From positions 34,970,001 to 35,034,000 of the forward strand of contig NW_024704742.1 of assembly GCF_018977255.1 (NCBI RefSeq): a stretch of DNA of 64,000 nt, written 5' to 3'. This document shows positions 60,487 to 64,000 of this stretch, piece after piece. The stretch comes from Callorhinchus milii. Taxonomy: Eukaryota. The translations under genes and the position numbers were made by a program. Each line of letters starts with the position of its first letter. Within the stretch, counting starts at the first letter, position 1. The notes under the pieces are model-generated. The model was not told the origin of the DNA and ran no database searches. It worked only from the letters and a program-made list of their open reading frames with translations.

Positions 60487-62305
60487 GTATATAGTTCTAA
60501 CTTGAGGATAAACGTTCCTCAAATTGACTGAAGTGCATTGACTAATATCCGCCACATACTTATCTACCACAAGTTTTTGACTCTGACCTTGTGAACTTGG
60601 TGTAATTGAGCCCTGATGTTCCTGCCACATGTAGGAATAGACATTAGAACACGCCAGGCTTTCATGGAGTGACATTTATCCACACTAATGCATGTCTCCT
60701 GTTACCTGACCCCTTAAATACAAGTTTTGTTATCAATACTTTTTTTATAGTAAAATGCAAAAAAGGTTTGTGGTCCTACTCCGAAGCAAATAAAGAATTA
60801 TGACCTTGCAACCTGAGAAATTAAATCTTTTGAAAAAGGTCCATTCACCGGTAAACAAAAGAAAGTCTGCAGTTAACATCCTTTTAATCCTCTCAGCATT
60901 AACCAGGGAGTGTTCACTCTACACTGCAAAAGGAGCCGATGTACAAGCACACAACCTCGCCTCGGTTCTGTTAACATCTTTGCATGATTACATAAATAAG
61001 GGTTTTATATTCGGATCTGCAGGGGAGCATGAATATCGCAAATATTTTATGTGGTGTTTCTTTGTTTCAATATCATCTGTTCCATAAATTTACTGTTCAA
61101 TTGAAATATTTGTGAACTATCCATTTGCATTATTAGTACAATATTTTAAATGTTCTGCATATATATTCTCAGACATGGATATTAAGAATATCATCACCAG
61201 ATTTCTATGAGAAAAGCTACACTTTATCATAAACAGAAAATATCCTGCTGTAAATGGCTGATTGCTCTGCCTCTTTAAATCCCTTCTCCCTCCCCACCCT
61301 GTGGCAAAGTGTCTATTCCAGACAATGAGATGGGGCATTTTGCCTGCACTCAGACCTCTCCCAGTGGTTGTCATAAGCCTTGGCAGCTGGAAGGATGAAG
61401 GGTCTTCCTCCTAATCTGTGTTTATTTGTCCGTCATCCCCTCGTCTCCCCCGCACCTCAGCAGGGTGGTCCAGTGATGTCAAGACCCACATGAACAGATG
61501 CTGGTGAGCAAGAACCTGTTCCCTATCATTCAATTCCAACTTATTCCACCAAATTTAGTAACATTTGGGTCTATTTGACACTGAACACATAGCAATCTTT
61601 TTTTCAGCATTTTTATTGTTTTGTTGTTGGTCAGACGGTGTCTGACACAGACCAAAACCCATCATAATGCTTATGAGTGTCCAAACCAGACTGAAAGTTC
61701 CAGTTATGTTTGCAACGTTCCCTGGAGAGTTCCTACCCTCCTTACCCAATTTTAGAGAATATTAGGCCCATATTGTCAAGAGCCAAGACTTTTGCACCTG
61801 AGGGTACTGCTTAGCTTGCCATTGAATTCACTTTATGGTTTATATTTCTAAGACAGACCCAAAGATCATTATTTTTATGGATCAATATGCCCTATTACCT
61901 GGGCAAATATACAATAACCCCTCCCAACATGATTCTGATGAGCTACTGCCTCTGTTGTACGACAGAACTGTGAAGAGCCCTTTCACAAATGGAGAAACAA
62001 TGCAAAACATCTTTTTTGTAGCACTTTTACCAAATATTCTAATTTAAATTCAGCATTAGATCACTGTCATACAGAACGAACATATCATATTGAAACTTTA
62101 TCATACAGATACAATGACATAATTAACATGCGCGTGCCATCATAATACTGACATATCTTACTGATGTATTTCAGGAGAGAGTGTGTATGGTGAGGGTTAT
62201 TAATTCCTGTAACTGTTTTGTGCTTATTTTACTTTTGTTAAATTAAGAATGTGGCTGCAAGTTTCAGCTGGGTACCTGAAAGTGATTTTGTTTTGACCTT
62301 CTCAG

Positions 62306-62437
62306 TCTCTGATGGTGAACATGCTTCACCGGAAATGGAGTTCACCATTCATCTGCTGTCCACAAATCAGCAACCTCCTGTTTTCCAAGAAGCACATCCT
62401 TTCATAAAGGTCAGCCAGGGAGGAAGTGCTGCTGTCG
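62306..62437 (+). CDS. FRAS1: FRAS1 exon (V)SDGEHASPEMEFTIHLLSTNQQPPVFQEAHPFIKVSQGGSAAV
   Basis: ttctcag acceptor, G|gtaagc donor, 132 nt, phase 1-1. Confidence 0.95.
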
Positions 62438-63725
62438 GTAAGCCATGATATTAAATTGCCCTTAGTTTTGAGTTCGTATTTCAAATCTTCAGTATCCAAG
62501 TGCAGGCAGGCTCTCACGGTGAATAAGGTGATGCTACCCTGCGTGAGGAGTGCTATATATAAAGGCCTCATCCTGGAAAGGCTAAATTGGTCAAAATCTT
62601 CCCAGTGTTTCTGAGAGAAGAGATGAAAGCCACCTAGGCTCCTGCTCCCAGTTCGTCTAAAGAAAGCACTGTCTACTGTTTGTGCATGTGTGGCAGCCAG
62701 GTGGGGAGAGGTCAGGCTCAGATCAACGTCCCCATACAATCAATTGGACTGCTGATTCTCACTGCGAAAGCTCACACATGAGCAATGACTTATTGAGTGG
62801 GTATCAAAAGGAAACCAGCATGTGTGAAACTTGATCCTGCAAGAGGGGGGCCAGAGCAGGAGCAGAAAAGCGTATGGCAATGGGGAAAATTAGAAAAAAA
62901 AACTGAACACATTAAATTAATTTGCTAAAAATAATAAAGAACATCCAACTCAAGCACCTATTCATAGGAAAATGTGCATTAATGTGCAATAGAATAGATA
63001 TTATAAAACACAAGATGGTATAGATTAGTGCAATCACCTCAATCCAAGAATTTTATATTGTTGTAGATACAATACAATTATACAGTACCCTTCATCTTGG
63101 GAGATATCTCAAAGTGCTTCACACTGCGGGCTGGCCACCTGAGCTGGGGGGGTGGGAGCCAAAGAGGGGAAAGATGGGGGGGAACGATGACAGAAAGCCC
63201 AGTCACAAAGAACAACATACATCGTCTGATATTCTTTATACTCTGTCCGTAAATGGAATTTAGAATGGAGGATTTATGTGGCACTATATTTTTCAGTGAT
63301 GTCTTTGTGGGTTGGTTTAACTGCACACGTATAAAGAAGGAAGTTCATTACAAAAAACACCCTCCATATACATGTATACATGCATATGCACATGGTTAAC
63401 TCTTCCCATGTTTTGAACATGGGTTGCTAACCCAACGCACAAATGAGACCCCAACAACTTGCATTTGTGTAGTGCTCTTTTGTTCGATAACGTGGGGCAG
63501 GTGGAGCAATTCACAAAGGTGAACGGGATGGGAGAGTTGAGGTGACCCCAATGAGTGTTGTTGATCAATTCATGTGATTTGAATTCCAGGAATAGTATTT
63601 ATTTCATTATATATTATGAATAAGATGACACTCATTTAAGCTGTGCAGAGTAAAATTCCTCACGTGCCTTCCTTGAATTAAATGCTGACATTATGTAAAG
63701 GAGCGTTGCTTTGTTTCTGTTCCAG

Positions 63726-63854
63726 GTTTGAGCCAGCTCGCAGTCAGTGATGTAGATACATACCCAGATGACCTTCTGTTTGAGCTGGTGGAGCCCCCTC
63801 AGTTTGGTGATCTGATGATAGCTGACTATGGACTCCAGAAAAAGATGAGGAAAG
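63726..63854 (+). CDS. FRAS1: FRAS1 exon (G)LSQLAVSDVDTYPDDLLFELVEPPQFGDLMIADYGLQKKMRK
   Basis: ttccag acceptor, AAG|gtgagt donor, 129 nt, phase 1-1; CSPG motif D.DT....L.FEL..PPQ.G.L. Confidence 0.94.
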
Positions 63855-64000
63855 GTGAGTGCTTCCCACAAACAGTGGTGCATTAAAGTGACAAGCTTGA
63901 AACTTGGATCATGAGAAAGGCATGTAACTGAGAAGAACAAAAATGCCTGCTGAATCTTCTTAGTAATGTAGCCTTGTGAGCCCATCAGTCTTGCTGCATG

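Larger units (their letters stand above)
1..63854 (+). other. FRAS1: FRAS1 gene, internal portion (24 coding exons; the gene extends beyond both window ends)
   Basis: The spliced translation is colinear with recalled human FRAS1 (e.g. CRTSC..Q.LNLVG.C, ADL.NTGSICL, KVLLFGECQYE.CA.QYYLD, ECDWSC..C.GPL..DCLQCMDGY.LQ, FTQQDI..GIVWYRHSG, GLPESV.F.FTVSDGEH.SPEM). Intron phases are consistent at every junction. Confidence 0.97.

Noticed and set aside
61933..61998. CTGATGAG ... GAAAC hammerhead-like words
   Set aside because: No stem II pairing is apparent between the two motifs.
62251..62305. Intronic in-frame peptide WVPESDFVLTFS resembling the microexon peptide LPESVNFLFT
   Set aside because: The upstream AGs I checked (exon starts 62248, 62262, 62268) are not phase-compatible, and the stretch is the polypyrimidine tract of the 62306 acceptor; probably coincidence.
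63405..63423. Hairpin CCCATGTT-ttg-AACATGGG
   Set aside because: An 8-bp stem is expected by chance in 64 kb; too short for a pre-miRNA and no supporting context.
1..63854. FRAS1 pseudogene
   Set aside because: Only one lesion, in a homopolymer; all other exons keep open frames, cysteines and splice sites.
1..64000. CRISPR arrays, operons or prokaryotic defence systems
   Set aside because: This is intron-rich vertebrate DNA; the recurring sequences are dispersed SINE/LINE/MITE copies, not regularly spaced repeat-spacer arrays.

Overview
This is eukaryotic (vertebrate) genomic DNA, not prokaryotic. The whole window lies inside one + strand gene, FRAS1 (Fraser extracellular matrix complex subunit 1). 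I traced 24 consecutive coding exons by hand with splice sites and phases: the tail of one furin-like (FU) Cys-rich exon, 12 further FU exons, then exons for the first CSPG/NG2 repeats. The repeat content (tRNA-headed Deu-domain SINEs with L2-type tails, L2 and CR1 LINE relics, a shark-type palindromic repeat) points to a cartilaginous fish, plausibly a holocephalan such as Callorhinchus milii; this is an inference. Almost all ORFs in the supplied track are spurious intronic ORFs, exon read-throughs or decayed LINE pieces. I found no convincing novel gene system. The most notable observations are: a 1-bp frameshift with a premature stop in the last FU exon (possibly an assembly error); a GC-AG intron; a 33-nt symmetric microexon; a composite SINE family that inserted twice at nearly the same site of an older SINE; a SINE insertion with a triplicated target site; and inverted repeats flanking in-frame exon blocks. 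Repeat boundaries are approximate, and comparisons with human FRAS1 and repeat families are from memory, not from a database search.
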